Below are positions 34,094 through 43,429 of a DNA stretch of 64,000 nucleotides, piece by piece. Made by a program: the position numbers and the translations under genes. The stretch lies in assembly GCA_965197925.1 (NCBI GenBank), contig CBDAOC010000019.1:1-64000 (forward strand). Reading direction: 5' to 3'. Within the stretch, counting starts at the first letter, position 1, and the number at the start of each line of letters is the position of its first letter. Below the pieces are notes generated by a model. It was not told the DNA's origin. It did no database searches and saw nothing but the letters and a program-made list of their open reading frames with translations. The DNA comes from Nitrososphaerales archaeon (GTDB taxonomy: Archaea > Thermoproteota > Nitrososphaeria > Nitrososphaerales > UBA213).

Positions 34094-35124
34094 TTCTGTA
34101 CATTTATCTGCTCGTAGGTTTCTTCAAAGTATTTAACGCGTTCCTTCTTGAACTCCTTTGAACTAAAAAGTATTGTATATTCCACAATTCCAGTGTGTTT
34201 CGACATTTCCCTACCGATCTTCTCACAAGTTTCCTTTGTTCTTGCGTGGACCATACTGAAGAGGTTGTATGGCCAATCCTCATACACTGGCCTCTGATAA
34301 CAATGACTTACCTGTGGAAACTCAGCTAGTTTCATACCGATTTCATCGATTCTTTCTTCAGGAACCTTCCAAACGATCATTCCATTGGCAACAAAGCCAG
34401 CATCTCTATGACGCAATATTGCCGCAAATCTCCTCATAACTCCACTACTTTCATACTCTTTGGCTTTTCTAAATAACTGATTAACATCTATTCCTAAACG
34501 TTTAGCAGGCTCATTGAATGGTTCAGCAATTATCTGTACATCCTTCTGCAACTCCCTAACGAAATCCTTATCACTTTCAGTAGCCTTGAATGGAATATTA
34601 TCAACATGCTTTGGTTTATCAGTTGGTTTAGGCCTTTCCTGATCATCATTGAGCATATCTAACTTCACTCCTATCTTGTAAAGTCTCAATGTAGGCAAGA
34701 GTCTGTATTTTAGAACTCCATTAAGCTTGGAGAATTTTGTCAGAACACGCCGTATGCTTCCATTAGGAGGAACAGCAATGGTGAACCAAAGGTTATATTC
34801 GTGCTCCCGCTCGTAGTTATGACTAACGCCTGAGTATTCGTTTATCACAATAGCAACCTCTTCAAGTTTTTCCGGTTTTATTCTCATAGCAACCAATGCA
34901 CTCTTGTAGCCTAATCTTCTAGTATCAAATATGGCATTTATCTCCCGTATGACACCTGCGTCCTTTATTGTCTCAATCCTTTTCATCGTCTCTTGTTCGC
35001 TTATATTCAGTATCCCACCAATTTCTGCAAATGGTCTACGTGTAAGAGGAAAATCCCACTGTATCAGGTTTAAAATCGCTTTATCGGTGGTATCTAAATT
35101 TACCATGATGTCTTGCAACTCCAT
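34090..35124 (-). CDS. ahbAB: Siroheme decarboxylase AhbA-AhbB fusion (Lrp/AsnC fold)
   Basis: FPLTRRPF, VSHNYER..NLWFT; second half VSHCYQRP..WPYNLFSMVH. Confidence 0.9.
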   Translation of the reverse strand: MELQDIMVNLDTTDKAILNLIQWDFPLTRRPFAEIGGILNISEQETMKRIETIKDAGVIREINAIFDTRRLGYKSALVAMRIKPEKLEEVAIVINEYSGVSHNYEREHEYNLWFTIAVPPNGSIRRVLTKFSKLNGVLKYRLLPTLRLYKIGVKLDMLNDDQERPKPTDKPKHVDNIPFKATESDKDFVRELQKDVQIIAEPFNEPAKRLGIDVNQLFRKAKEYESSGVMRRFAAILRHRDAGFVANGMIVWKVPEERIDEIGMKLAEFPQVSHCYQRPVYEDWPYNLFSMVHARTKETCEKIGREMSKHTGIVEYTILFSSKEFKKERVKYFEETYEQINVQN

Positions 35125-35310
35125 AATGTAGGTTAAAACCTTAACTAAATAGTTATAGAAACTAAAAATTAATGTAATCTATGAATACCTAAATAGCTCA
35201 AAAATGGTCAGTATCTCTTTATCGTATTCTTATTATTCTATTCTGGCACCTAATGTTTTGATTTTATTTTGGGAGATGATGTATGGTCATTGGGGTAAGT
35301 AACGGTATAA

Positions 35311-35520
35311 GGTAAAGGTAAGTGAGGTAATACCTAGTTGTGGTAATGGTATAGTATAGGGTACCTATACTTATGGTAAAGGTAAGTGAGGTAATACCTA
35401 GTTGTGGTAATGGTATAGTATAGGGTACCTATACTTATGGTAAAGGTAAGTGAGGTAATACCTAGTTGTGGTAATGGTATAGTATAGGGTACCTATACTT
35501 ATGGTAAAGGTAAGTAAGGT
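35311..35520. repeat. 64-bp tandem repeat, about 3.3 copies, G-rich, with internal hairpins
   Basis: Unit GGTAAAGGTAAGTGAGGTAATACCTAGTTGTGGTAATGGTATAGTATAGGGTACCTATACTTAT starts at 35311, 35375, 35439, partial at 35503. Confidence 0.95.
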
Positions 35521-35918
35521 ATGTATAGTCAGTAGCTGGTCCGTCCAAATGTTAGTATTACCTAATATATGTCATTAACCTAAAACCAAGAAGGAAAAGA
35601 TAAGGAGTATTACTTCGTGAATGTGAACAGACCTACCAGGAGATTGTAGAAGCGAATATCACTCAGGCACATGTCCTTAAGATTAAATCTACAATGTGTT
35701 CGGGGTTTATCCAAAAGGGATACACAATAGATAGGAATGAAGGTAGCATTATGGAGTACGAATTATTAACAAAAACTTCATATCAACATATGGAGTAAAT
35801 GATCTAAGAATAGGAAAAATAACTATGGAGATAATAACAAAGAAAATATATTCAAAAAATACAGCTTAGATATTTTAAAATAGCAATAGTTTGACTAGTA
35901 TGATATTGGCAGTTATTT

Positions 35919-36220
35919 GAGGCTTAGGCGTAATTGAGTAGCTCGAAACTATAAGATTAGGTTCTAGTTTTTATTATTGATATGTTTAATTCAGACTTTA
36001 TACCTCTTCGTATATTATTTTTAATTAATGTGATTCCTTGGTCAAAAAAATAGGAAAAGAGCCAGACCATTCTACTATTCACCAACAGTAATGTTAAGAT
36101 GCTCCATCGTAAGTGTAAGGTTAAGACTTCCTAGCACCAACGTATTACATCAATATTTTTCGTTAGACATTGCATACAGCAGGAGAGTTATGAAATCATG
36201 TGGTCTTGATAAGTTGCCAA
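35919..36220 (+). mobile_element. Degenerate 5' fragment of IS family A
   Basis: GAGGCTTAGGCGTAATT terminus plus about 300 bp diverged match to 6446 onward. Confidence 0.8.
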
Positions 36221-36512
36221 AAATTAAATGAGAGAAAAGCGAGCTTCTATATGGAACTTCAAATTGAGCTAATGGTAAATGAAGTCGTTCCAGAATTGCA
36301 GGCAGAATATTAAAACCTTCAAGGGCTAAGTGCTCCACTGCCAAATTTTCTTCGGAATTGATATCTTTACATGCTACTGAGATATGTTCCTTTACTATTG
36401 CCATAGAACCCTGTCATGCGAAAATAATTTGTTGTTTGCCAAATAGTGTTTAGATGGTGCTTACAATTTGCAATATTGCAAATCTCCATGTATTCAGATA
36501 AATTTCCACTAA

Positions 36513-36992
36513 GAGCCTATCCGAAAATCCTATTCCATAGATTGTACGCTGCTCTTATACCAGCAATAATTAAATCGGAATGATAGAAAATAAATATATA
36601 CATCTCTTCCTGGGTGTGATTTTATCAATTTTGTAGAAAGCGCACGCTATAGTAATTCCAAAATCATATGAGCTTACCAGTGAATTGCTCTGTATACTAC
36701 TAGACAGTTAGCAAATTCTACTAGCGCCTGATAATTTTCCTCTTTCTTCTCGAATCTTACCAATAACTCTCTGAACCTGTTATACCAAGATGCGGTTCTC
36801 TAAACAACCCATCGCTTTGCTTTGTACAAATTCTTTTTCAACACTTCATCCTTATGACGAATGTGATCCACATATCCTCTCTCCGTACTCCATACTCTAT
36901 CTCTGGAAAATCATGTCCCTTGTCCATGCATGTGTTCTGTTTAACTTGGTCTATCAGCAATATTGCTATCTAATGTAGGAAAGGCTGATTTC
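36513..36992 (-). mobile_element. Degenerate 3' fragment of IS family C (IS5 family)
   Basis: GAGCCTATCCGAAAAT terminus; orfB end matches 42600-42815. Confidence 0.8.
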
Positions 36993-37220
36993 AATGTTTG
37001 TTTCAGTTCAGGAAATGTTTGCATTATTGGACATATGATCTTTGGAATGCAGTATTTCAGCTCTAATTTCTGGTCTTTTTTTATTCTTCGTAATGACTTG
37101 AGGACTATATCCTTGAAATATTTATTAGGACTTTTTACATCTATACCGCTTAGGAGAACTTCAACTTTAGCTTCTTCAGCGGTCCACGTTAATTGTGATC
37201 GGAATCGGCTTGGCATCCAT
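36993..37220 (-). pseudogene. Small gene downstream of the recombinase, truncated by IS fragment
   Basis: The track ORF tail KSAFPTLDS comes from IS family C orfB. Confidence 0.4.
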
Positions 37221-38621
37221 TCACTCCCTCAAATGTGGTGCGAAACCGTTATGGTAATATCCTATAGCACACCGCATGCTGCAAAAGTAGTCATAATTCT
37301 CGTCTTTGATTTCTGGCGGGTTATGATAGTAGCAAACGTCCTGCATGAGTATGGCCTCTGCAGTTGTGCGTGCGTACACCTTTAGCAGTGTGTTGACGTC
37401 ATCCCATCCCATTGATGCTACGAGGGTTGCGTTGCTTGCGGTCCTCCGCATCGCTGCATGCGCCCCGCTATGCCTTAACACGTATACGGGCTTGTTTGCC
37501 CAGTACCATTCATCCGTTCCTTTGGGATAACTCCACTTCTGGTGCATGCCATTGTGTTCGTCGTAATGCGCCCTGTCAATTTTGCCCAGGGATGCATAAT
37601 AATCACTTAATGCTGATGCAAGCTCGCTCTCCAATGCGACGACGCGGGCATTGTTACCGACATAGCTGCTACAGAATGTTGCACCGTGCTTCACACGCTT
37701 GATTATTTCAATCACCTTGGGATGTATTGCCATCTTGTCGAAAGCACGGTCCGTTTTGGATTCATATAACGGCATGATTGCGTACTCACCATGAACGCCC
37801 TTGGCATCGATTGGCTTGATCTCAAATTTGTTCACCATCGTGATTCCCGTCTTGGTCCTGGGAAAGACCTCGTGTAGCACGGCAAACAATTCCTCAAAAC
37901 CATAACCATGCATGAACTTAAGCCCCTGTTCAAACTCCCTGTCCGTAAGCTTCACATTGGCATATGCACCAAAACGCTTCTTCTTGCCTGACATGATGCC
38001 CGTGATGCCACGTGGAATGGCAATGCCATTCCTGATCATGAAATTACGGGTTGATGATGTGTAACGGGTTATCTCCCTGACACTGAAATCGATATTATTG
38101 AGTTGATGTGCGTATCTTACTTCACCTGCCTTGAACTTTCTTTCAAACTCCTTTAGCAAGGCAACGCTTGTGTCAATGTCCTGCAGGAATGCGTCCGGGT
38201 GAACATTCAGCGTATTGCATACGACGTTCAGGCCTTGTATCATATGATTAACCGATACCGCTGGCTGCCCATTCTTTCCAGCGGTCATCAAGTCGTTGAA
38301 CCATTTCTTGACTGATGGAATCTGTAAGAATTGAGACTTTGCCATTTCTGCATATTGTACCTGCTTCTTGTCCTGTTCTGACCTAAGTAGACGACCAGTT
38401 GTAGGATCTTTTTGTAGTTTGCCAGCCTTGACTAATTTACTCCATTCCAGCCACACCCATTGCTCTGAACGATTCATGAGGGAGGCAATTTCACTCCTGC
38501 TCTTTGATGAAATGCCTTTGGACTTGTTGCCGACTGTGTGTTCATATACCATCTGGGTTAGTTGCTGTCGATCTTCCTCGCCACCTGCACGGTTCTTCTG
38601 CCAGGAGAATCTAGTCCTCAT
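37221..38621 (-). CDS. Tyrosine recombinase/integrase-like protein with N-terminal HTH and C-terminal Cys-rich finger
   Basis: FPR; YVLRHSG..MGW.DVNTLLKVY catalytic pattern; SRSEIASLMNRSEQWV HTH; CYYH..YFCSMRC; ATG 38621 preceded by GAGGTG. Confidence 0.75.
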   Translation of the reverse strand: MRTRFSWQKNRAGGEEDRQQLTQMVYEHTVGNKSKGISSKSRSEIASLMNRSEQWVWLEWSKLVKAGKLQKDPTTGRLLRSEQDKKQVQYAEMAKSQFLQIPSVKKWFNDLMTAGKNGQPAVSVNHMIQGLNVVCNTLNVHPDAFLQDIDTSVALLKEFERKFKAGEVRYAHQLNNIDFSVREITRYTSSTRNFMIRNGIAIPRGITGIMSGKKKRFGAYANVKLTDREFEQGLKFMHGYGFEELFAVLHEVFPRTKTGITMVNKFEIKPIDAKGVHGEYAIMPLYESKTDRAFDKMAIHPKVIEIIKRVKHGATFCSSYVGNNARVVALESELASALSDYYASLGKIDRAHYDEHNGMHQKWSYPKGTDEWYWANKPVYVLRHSGAHAAMRRTASNATLVASMGWDDVNTLLKVYARTTAEAILMQDVCYYHNPPEIKDENYDYFCSMRCAIGYYHNGFAPHLRE

Positions 38622-38760
38622 CCACCTCACCTTGCCAGCATTCCATGCACAAAAAATCATTATTGGTTGGACTCGAACAATCGCACTTCTCTATCGTACT
38701 ACGAAAACAACATAAAGTGCATCTTATCTCATGTTCGTGTATTGGTGTACAGGTGGTCAT
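38611..38760 (-). CDS. 49-aa Cys-rich putative zinc-finger protein
   Basis: MTTCTPIHEHEIRCTLCCFRSTIEKCDCSSPTNNDFLCMECWQGEVDED*; GAGGTG upstream; overlaps the recombinase start. Confidence 0.55.
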   Translation of the reverse strand: MTTCTPIHEHEIRCTLCCFRSTIEKCDCSSPTNNDFLCMECWQGEVDED

Positions 38761-38782
38761 GCTTCCACCTCGGTTTTATGGT

Positions 38783-38944
38783 TCATTTTTTGGTCTCCAA
38801 TTTCTCAATAAATTCTCTTATTGCTAAATCAAGAAATTGAGCGGAATTGGTGATGCTTGGGTCAGCCTTCTTTTCGATTAACTCTTTGATTTTATCGGCT
38901 AAACTATTTCTGATCTGTGTTGAAACCCAATTACGATTTGCCAT
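38783..38944 (-). CDS. 53-aa ribbon-helix-helix protein (Cro-like position)
   Basis: MANRNWVSTQIRNSLADKIKELIEKKADPSITNSAQFLDLAIREFIEKLETKK*; missed by the track; paralog of 39065-39460. Confidence 0.8.
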   Translation of the reverse strand: MANRNWVSTQIRNSLADKIKELIEKKADPSITNSAQFLDLAIREFIEKLETKK

Positions 38945-38997
38945 GTTGTATATATACAACACAACTTATTATTAAATGTTGGTGTATATATACGACA
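38944..38997. promoter_or_regulatory. Two 18-bp palindromic operator-like sites
   Basis: TGTTGTATATATACAACA (38944-38961, perfect) and TGGTGTATATATACGACA (38980-38997, 2 mismatches). Confidence 0.7.
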
Positions 38998-39064
38998 TAT
39001 AATTAACTCATTTGGATAAAAATTTTAACATAAGTTTTATTAAAATATCTGATAATAATACAAT

Positions 39065-39460
39065 ATGGTAGGAAAAAACAAAGGGATCTGGGTGTCTACA
39101 AATATTCGAGTAGCATTAATAAATGAAGTTAAGAAGTTATTACAAACTGATACTGCCAAAAAAGAAGGTTTGACGAATGTTAGTCAATTCATTGATTCTG
39201 CTATACGTGATTTGATAGAAAAAATAGAGTCTGAGCGCCTCAAGCATGTCAACATGTATGATGACCACGTAAAAATCATGGATAACAGGCTTGGTGAATT
39301 GGGTAGGATTGTATCGGTGTACTTTAAAAAAGAAGGTGGTCCATGGTGTGACTATTGTAAAAAGCCAGACTGTATCCACGTCCAATATGCTTGGGAGATT
39401 GCAGATGTGAGGAAGATTTTAGGAAAATATGGATTTAGTCCTCCGCCATCAAGAATCTAA
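39065..39460 (+). CDS. RHH repressor-like protein with C-terminal CxxC..CxH metal-binding domain
   Basis: WVSTNIR..NVSQFIDSAIRDLIEK RHH; WCDYCKKPDCIHV. Confidence 0.75.
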   Translation: MVGKNKGIWVSTNIRVALINEVKKLLQTDTAKKEGLTNVSQFIDSAIRDLIEKIESERLKHVNMYDDHVKIMDNRLGELGRIVSVYFKKEGGPWCDYCKKPDCIHVQYAWEIADVRKILGKYGFSPPPSRI

Positions 39461-39471
39461 CTTCTATTGAT

Positions 39472-39696
39472 TCAACTTTTGATGTGTCGGTATCGGATAC
39501 TGTGTAGCGTTGTTATGTTGTGGTAGATATAGTCCAAGATTTCATGTTTGGGAAGGTTCTGCGTCCAGAGGGCAACAAGTTTGATTGGAATATTGTAAGT
39601 GGTTTCCTTGTGTTTTACCGTGACGGAATAGTTGTGATCAGGAAATAAGAGGAATTTTTCAGTTTGGGGTCTGTACTGCTTTACTGCAAGGTTCAT
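39472..39696 (-). CDS. Hypothetical protein of the element
   Basis: ORF in the minus-strand gene run. Confidence 0.45.
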   Translation of the reverse strand: MNLAVKQYRPQTEKFLLFPDHNYSVTVKHKETTYNIPIKLVALWTQNLPKHEILDYIYHNITTLHSIRYRHIKS

Positions 39697-39831
39697 GGTG
39701 CTTGCCAGCCACCTGTTATTTTTCTTGTATAGGCTGACATTGCCGAAACAGCATACACACCGATTCCCTGTTATGCCAGCATGATGCCTACAGTTCTCAC
39801 AGAATTTTATTGTTCTGTAGCTATTCCTGAA

Positions 39832-39880
39832 ACTTGATTTGAGTCCCCTACACTTGATCTGAGTCCCCTACACTTGATCT
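39832..39880. repeat. 20-bp tandem duplication
   Basis: GAGTCCCCTACACTTGATCT at 39841 and 39861 plus a partial copy upstream. Confidence 0.85.
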
Positions 39881-39886
39881 TGGTAC

Positions 39887-40246
39887 TTATTCCTTCTCGC
39901 CCTTTGGTGCAAACATCTTGTTGATTCCCTTCTTGCCCTTTATGTCATCATACTCATAGCGCACCTTAGTCTGCGTTAGTTCCTTTATCAGGGCGCCATT
40001 GATTGACCTAGTGGCCGTCAGTGCCCTGATGAATATATTATAATAGTCACTTGCAAGGTGCCTTAGTTTCGGTGGTAATGCATTAACCAATAACGGTATG
40101 TGCTCTATCTCAAAAACTGCCATAGGAAGGGCATCTGTACTTATCATTGAAGAGAAAAGTTGTCTCATGGGGTCGGGGTAGTAGCTATCACCTACCCTGT
40201 TGCTGTTGCTTTCCTGTATAAGCTCCATTATCCTGTCGCTAGACAT
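39887..40246 (-). CDS. Hypothetical protein of the element
   Basis: 119-aa ORF; no family recognised. Confidence 0.65.
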   Translation of the reverse strand: MSSDRIMELIQESNSNRVGDSYYPDPMRQLFSSMISTDALPMAVFEIEHIPLLVNALPPKLRHLASDYYNIFIRALTATRSINGALIKELTQTKVRYEYDDIKGKKGINKMFAPKGEKE

Positions 40247-40329
40247 GTCTTGGTTATGAAACGGATGGTTATGACGTTAGTTTTTTACTTGAATAATCAC
40301 TCTGTTAATAGTTAGAGCAACCTACCAGC

Positions 40330-41349
40330 TCATGTCATCGTATCATTCGCAGTCGTCTTTTCCCGTGTCACCTTTACCAAGGTTTCATGTCGTTTTTTCC
40401 TTTCCATAAATAACTCATCATGTATTATTTTCTCGACCTCTTCCCAATCAATTTTACATTTGTGTGCATACCTGTTTATCGTATTGAATACAGAGCGTGT
40501 CCTGCTGTCAATTGCAGTGTTCCGATTCTGATTGAAATATAGATACCACCGTAGGCATGCCCGTACCCTATCCCTGCCATTTTCTGCAAGTAATTTATCC
40601 ACTAGATCTCTTGCGGGCATTTCTTCCGTGTGGAAATCCTTGACGCATTTGTCACATGCATCACGATAGTAGAGTATGCCATGCAGTTTACCAAGTTCGC
40701 TAATCAATGCGATGCGGAATGGGTTGTGTGAGTGATAGGTGTACTTGCCTATATTGAATTTCTTCCGCAGCATCATGGAGCGATATATCCTAGTGAACCT
40801 ATGCAGTTTCATTGAGTTCTTGTACCCAAATAATTTTTGGAAATTATCCATCTCTTCATCTGATATTGAGGTGAGAATCTTGAAATCCGTGTCCCTGAAG
40901 AATTTTTCAAGTGCCTTGCTGTAGTGGATGTTCATGAACACGATAACGGGATTCTTAACCTCATGCCTGATAGTCGTAAGGCCTGACGCCAACTTGTTAC
41001 GCTCAGGTTCAGACATCGCAGCAAAGGTATAACTGGCATCATCAAATTTCAGTATTGATGGTGCCTTCGGCATCTTCTTTATGATGTTGTTGACGTCCAT
41101 CAATTCATCCGCTCCATAATCATAGACTGCAAAGTTCTTCTTTTCGTGTAATAAGTGGGATAACAAGGAGACTATCGTAGTTTTGCCTGAGCCGCTATGT
41201 CCTATCGATAGTATGCCCGTGTAACCGCTTAACGAGTTGTGGTTGAGGATGTTGTTGACTACGGGGTTAGGTGAGTGTTTTTGAAGGATGGGGATGCCTA
41301 GCAGTGTCGTGGTTCTCTCGCTGTAGTGTTTTTGTTGTTGTTCGCTCAT
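40330..41349 (-). CDS. P-loop ATPase, FtsK/HerA (A32/Zot-like) packaging-ATPase pattern
   Basis: Walker A GHSGSGKT, Walker B ILKFDD, then TIRH..VIVFMNIH..LEKFFR. Confidence 0.7.
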   Translation of the reverse strand: MSEQQQKHYSERTTTLLGIPILQKHSPNPVVNNILNHNSLSGYTGILSIGHSGSGKTTIVSLLSHLLHEKKNFAVYDYGADELMDVNNIIKKMPKAPSILKFDDASYTFAAMSEPERNKLASGLTTIRHEVKNPVIVFMNIHYSKALEKFFRDTDFKILTSISDEEMDNFQKLFGYKNSMKLHRFTRIYRSMMLRKKFNIGKYTYHSHNPFRIALISELGKLHGILYYRDACDKCVKDFHTEEMPARDLVDKLLAENGRDRVRACLRWYLYFNQNRNTAIDSRTRSVFNTINRYAHKCKIDWEEVEKIIHDELFMERKKRHETLVKVTREKTTANDTMT

Positions 41350-41633
41350 AGTTCCATATCCTTGAATGTGCTCTGTAGGTATTCGCTGATCGTGTCCTCA
41401 AGTTTTGGCAGTGCCTCATTAGCCCACTCCCATTGTGCGGTGCTCATTGACGACGGTCTTGTGTTATCCCTGCTTGGTGGCTTGGGTAGTTTGCATCGTG
41501 ACTGTTTTGGTAGGACGCTGTTCATTGAGTTGATACATAGCATAATATCATATACCTTACCCTGCTGGATAGCGAATACTATACCCTGCCTGTATTGCTG
41601 TAGTGCAGTAGTGAGTATCTGTAGTAAGCCCAT
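41346..41633 (-). CDS. Hypothetical protein, translationally coupled to the ATPase
   Basis: ATGA stop/start overlap at 41346-41349. Confidence 0.65.
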   Translation of the reverse strand: MGLLQILTTALQQYRQGIVFAIQQGKVYDIMLCINSMNSVLPKQSRCKLPKPPSRDNTRPSSMSTAQWEWANEALPKLEDTISEYLQSTFKDMEL

Positions 41634-41811
41634 GGTATGGGGAGGGGAGTATATGACGTTGAATTTCTAAAACAGTAATAATATACTATATGTATATAGG
41701 GACCTCTGTCCTTCGTATCGCTTACCCCTCCCCGAAAATCATGAATATTATTGACTTAATACTTTACTTTTAGTACATTGTTTAACAGAGCCAGAACTGT
41801 TAATATGCCAT

Positions 41812-41901
41812 AATTTAGGTAACACACTTTTACGTAAAGGTGTGTTACCTAGTGTGTACCTTTTTGCGAAAAGTGTGTTACCTAAGTGTGTTACCTAAAT
41901 T
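41812..41901. repeat. Nested palindrome and direct-repeat cluster (GTGTGTTACCTA motif)
   Basis: 18-bp outer inverted repeat 41812-41829 / 41884-41901; 36-bp palindrome with 1 mismatch at 41816-41851; motif copies at 41840, 41873, 41886. Confidence 0.85.
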
Positions 41902-41977
41902 GAAAATCGATGCTATTTTATGCCCTATTTTATGGTAAACATAAAATACCGTGCCTGTAAAACTCGATATTAACACT

Positions 41978-42982
41978 TCTAGATCTGTCCTCTCTAGCTA
42001 AATTTGTGAGAAAATCAAAGAAAAAGAGCATGCCGACCATATGGCATATACCAGACAATCTATGGGAAGAGTTCAAACTAGTGTTGCCACCAGAGAAACC
42101 AGCAAGAACAGTTGGAAGGCCAGCTGTGCCATTTAGAAAAGTGTTGAATGGAATACTGTACGTATTAAGAACTGGATGCCAGTGGAAGAAGGTATCTAAA
42201 GAATTTGGTTCTGGTTCAACTTGCCATGCAAGATTTCAGGAATGGATTGGGATAGGAGTATTCAAGAAGGTATGGAAGAGGCTGCTGGAAATATATGATG
42301 AATTAAAGAGCATGGGATGGGACTGGCAATCCATGGATAGCGTACCGAAGGCCCCATTAGGGGGAAAACGACCGGAGCAAACCCAACGGATAGAGGCAAG
42401 CTAGGTACCAAACGTCACATGCTTGTTGATAGAAGAGGAGTACCTCTCTCATCTGTAATTACTGGAGCAAATAAACACGATATGAAATCAGCCTTTCCTA
42501 CAATAGATAGCATTGTTGTTGATAGACCTAAAATTAAACAGAACATATGCATGAATAGGATACGATTTCCCTGAGATAGAGTATAGAGTATGAAATATGG
42601 AGTTAGGAAGGGGATACGTGGATCACATTCGTCATAAGGGTGAAGTGTTGAAAAAGAATTTGTACAAAGCAAAGAGATGGGTTGTAGAAAGAACCGCATC
42701 TTGGCATAACAGGTTCAGAAAGTTATTGGTAAGGTTCGAGAAGAGAGAGGAAAATTATCAGGCGCTAGTAGAGTTTGCTAACTGCCTAATAGTGTATAGA
42801 GCGATATATTGGTAGTGTCATAAACACGTTAATGCAACTGTTTCTAGTATCTACTATCTACAATACTAATAAAATCAATAGTAAGAAAACTAAACCTGAC
42901 AGTTTGAACTAATATTCTTGCATTCTAAATGTTATCATTTCTACCAATCATTAACTATCAGCTAGAATTTTAGGATAGACTC
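41978..42982 (+). mobile_element. IS family C copy (IS5 family, two-ORF), left about 50 bp missing
   Basis: orfA 42006-42404 (RTGCQW), orfB RWVVERTASW; right terminus AATTTTAGGATAGACTC followed by TTA. Confidence 0.9.
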
Positions 42983-43333
42983 TTACTTGAAATCCAGTCA
43001 TAACCATCTGGCTTAGGTTTATGTACATCTATTTATTCATATAAAAAAAGACTTATGCTTATTGTCCAAGATGTTACTAAGATCTGGTAACATCAACGAG
43101 ATTGTTCATAGGTCGACAATCAGAATTGTACAGAAGATTAGATTATGAATTGGACAAACTAAAAAGAGGTTTACCTTATGAATAATCCAAATCAATAAAA
43201 ATTTAATAAAAAATTAGGTATGGGTTATGTAGCAGAAAACGGTCTATGATGTTGACGTAATCGAACCAATTATTTGCAAATTCTGTTAATGAATAGGCAG
43301 CAAATTTGAGTTATGGAAAATATGTTGAAGTGC

Positions 43334-43429
43334 CTTCTTTATCCATCCTCTCAATGCTGCTCTAACAACTTTAATATCCACTTGTTATCTGAACGGTTCC
43401 ATCAAGTCATAAAACAATGAGGCTTTAAT
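43334..43429 (-). pseudogene. cas1: cas1 fragment A (catalytic helix region)
   Basis: Hand translation IKASLFYDLMEPFR*QVDIKVVRAALRGWIKK contains the Cas1 SLxxDLMEPFRxxVD motif. Confidence 0.75.

Larger units (their letters stand above)
36993..41901. mobile_element. Remnant of an integrative element or provirus (ends cut by IS)
   Basis: Visibly GC-richer than flanks; tyrosine recombinase, divergent RHH pair, Cys-rich micro-ORF, P-loop ATPase, compact overlapping ORFs. Confidence 0.75.

Noticed and set aside
35311..35520. 64-bp repeat as a CRISPR array or coding repeat
   Set aside because: Units are identical end to end with no unique spacers; the period is not a multiple of 3 and stops are present
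37221..38621. Calling the recombinase a protelomerase
   Set aside because: LRHS..GW..Y fits integrase-type enzymes at least as well; the nearby palindrome alone is not enough, so it is kept only as a test
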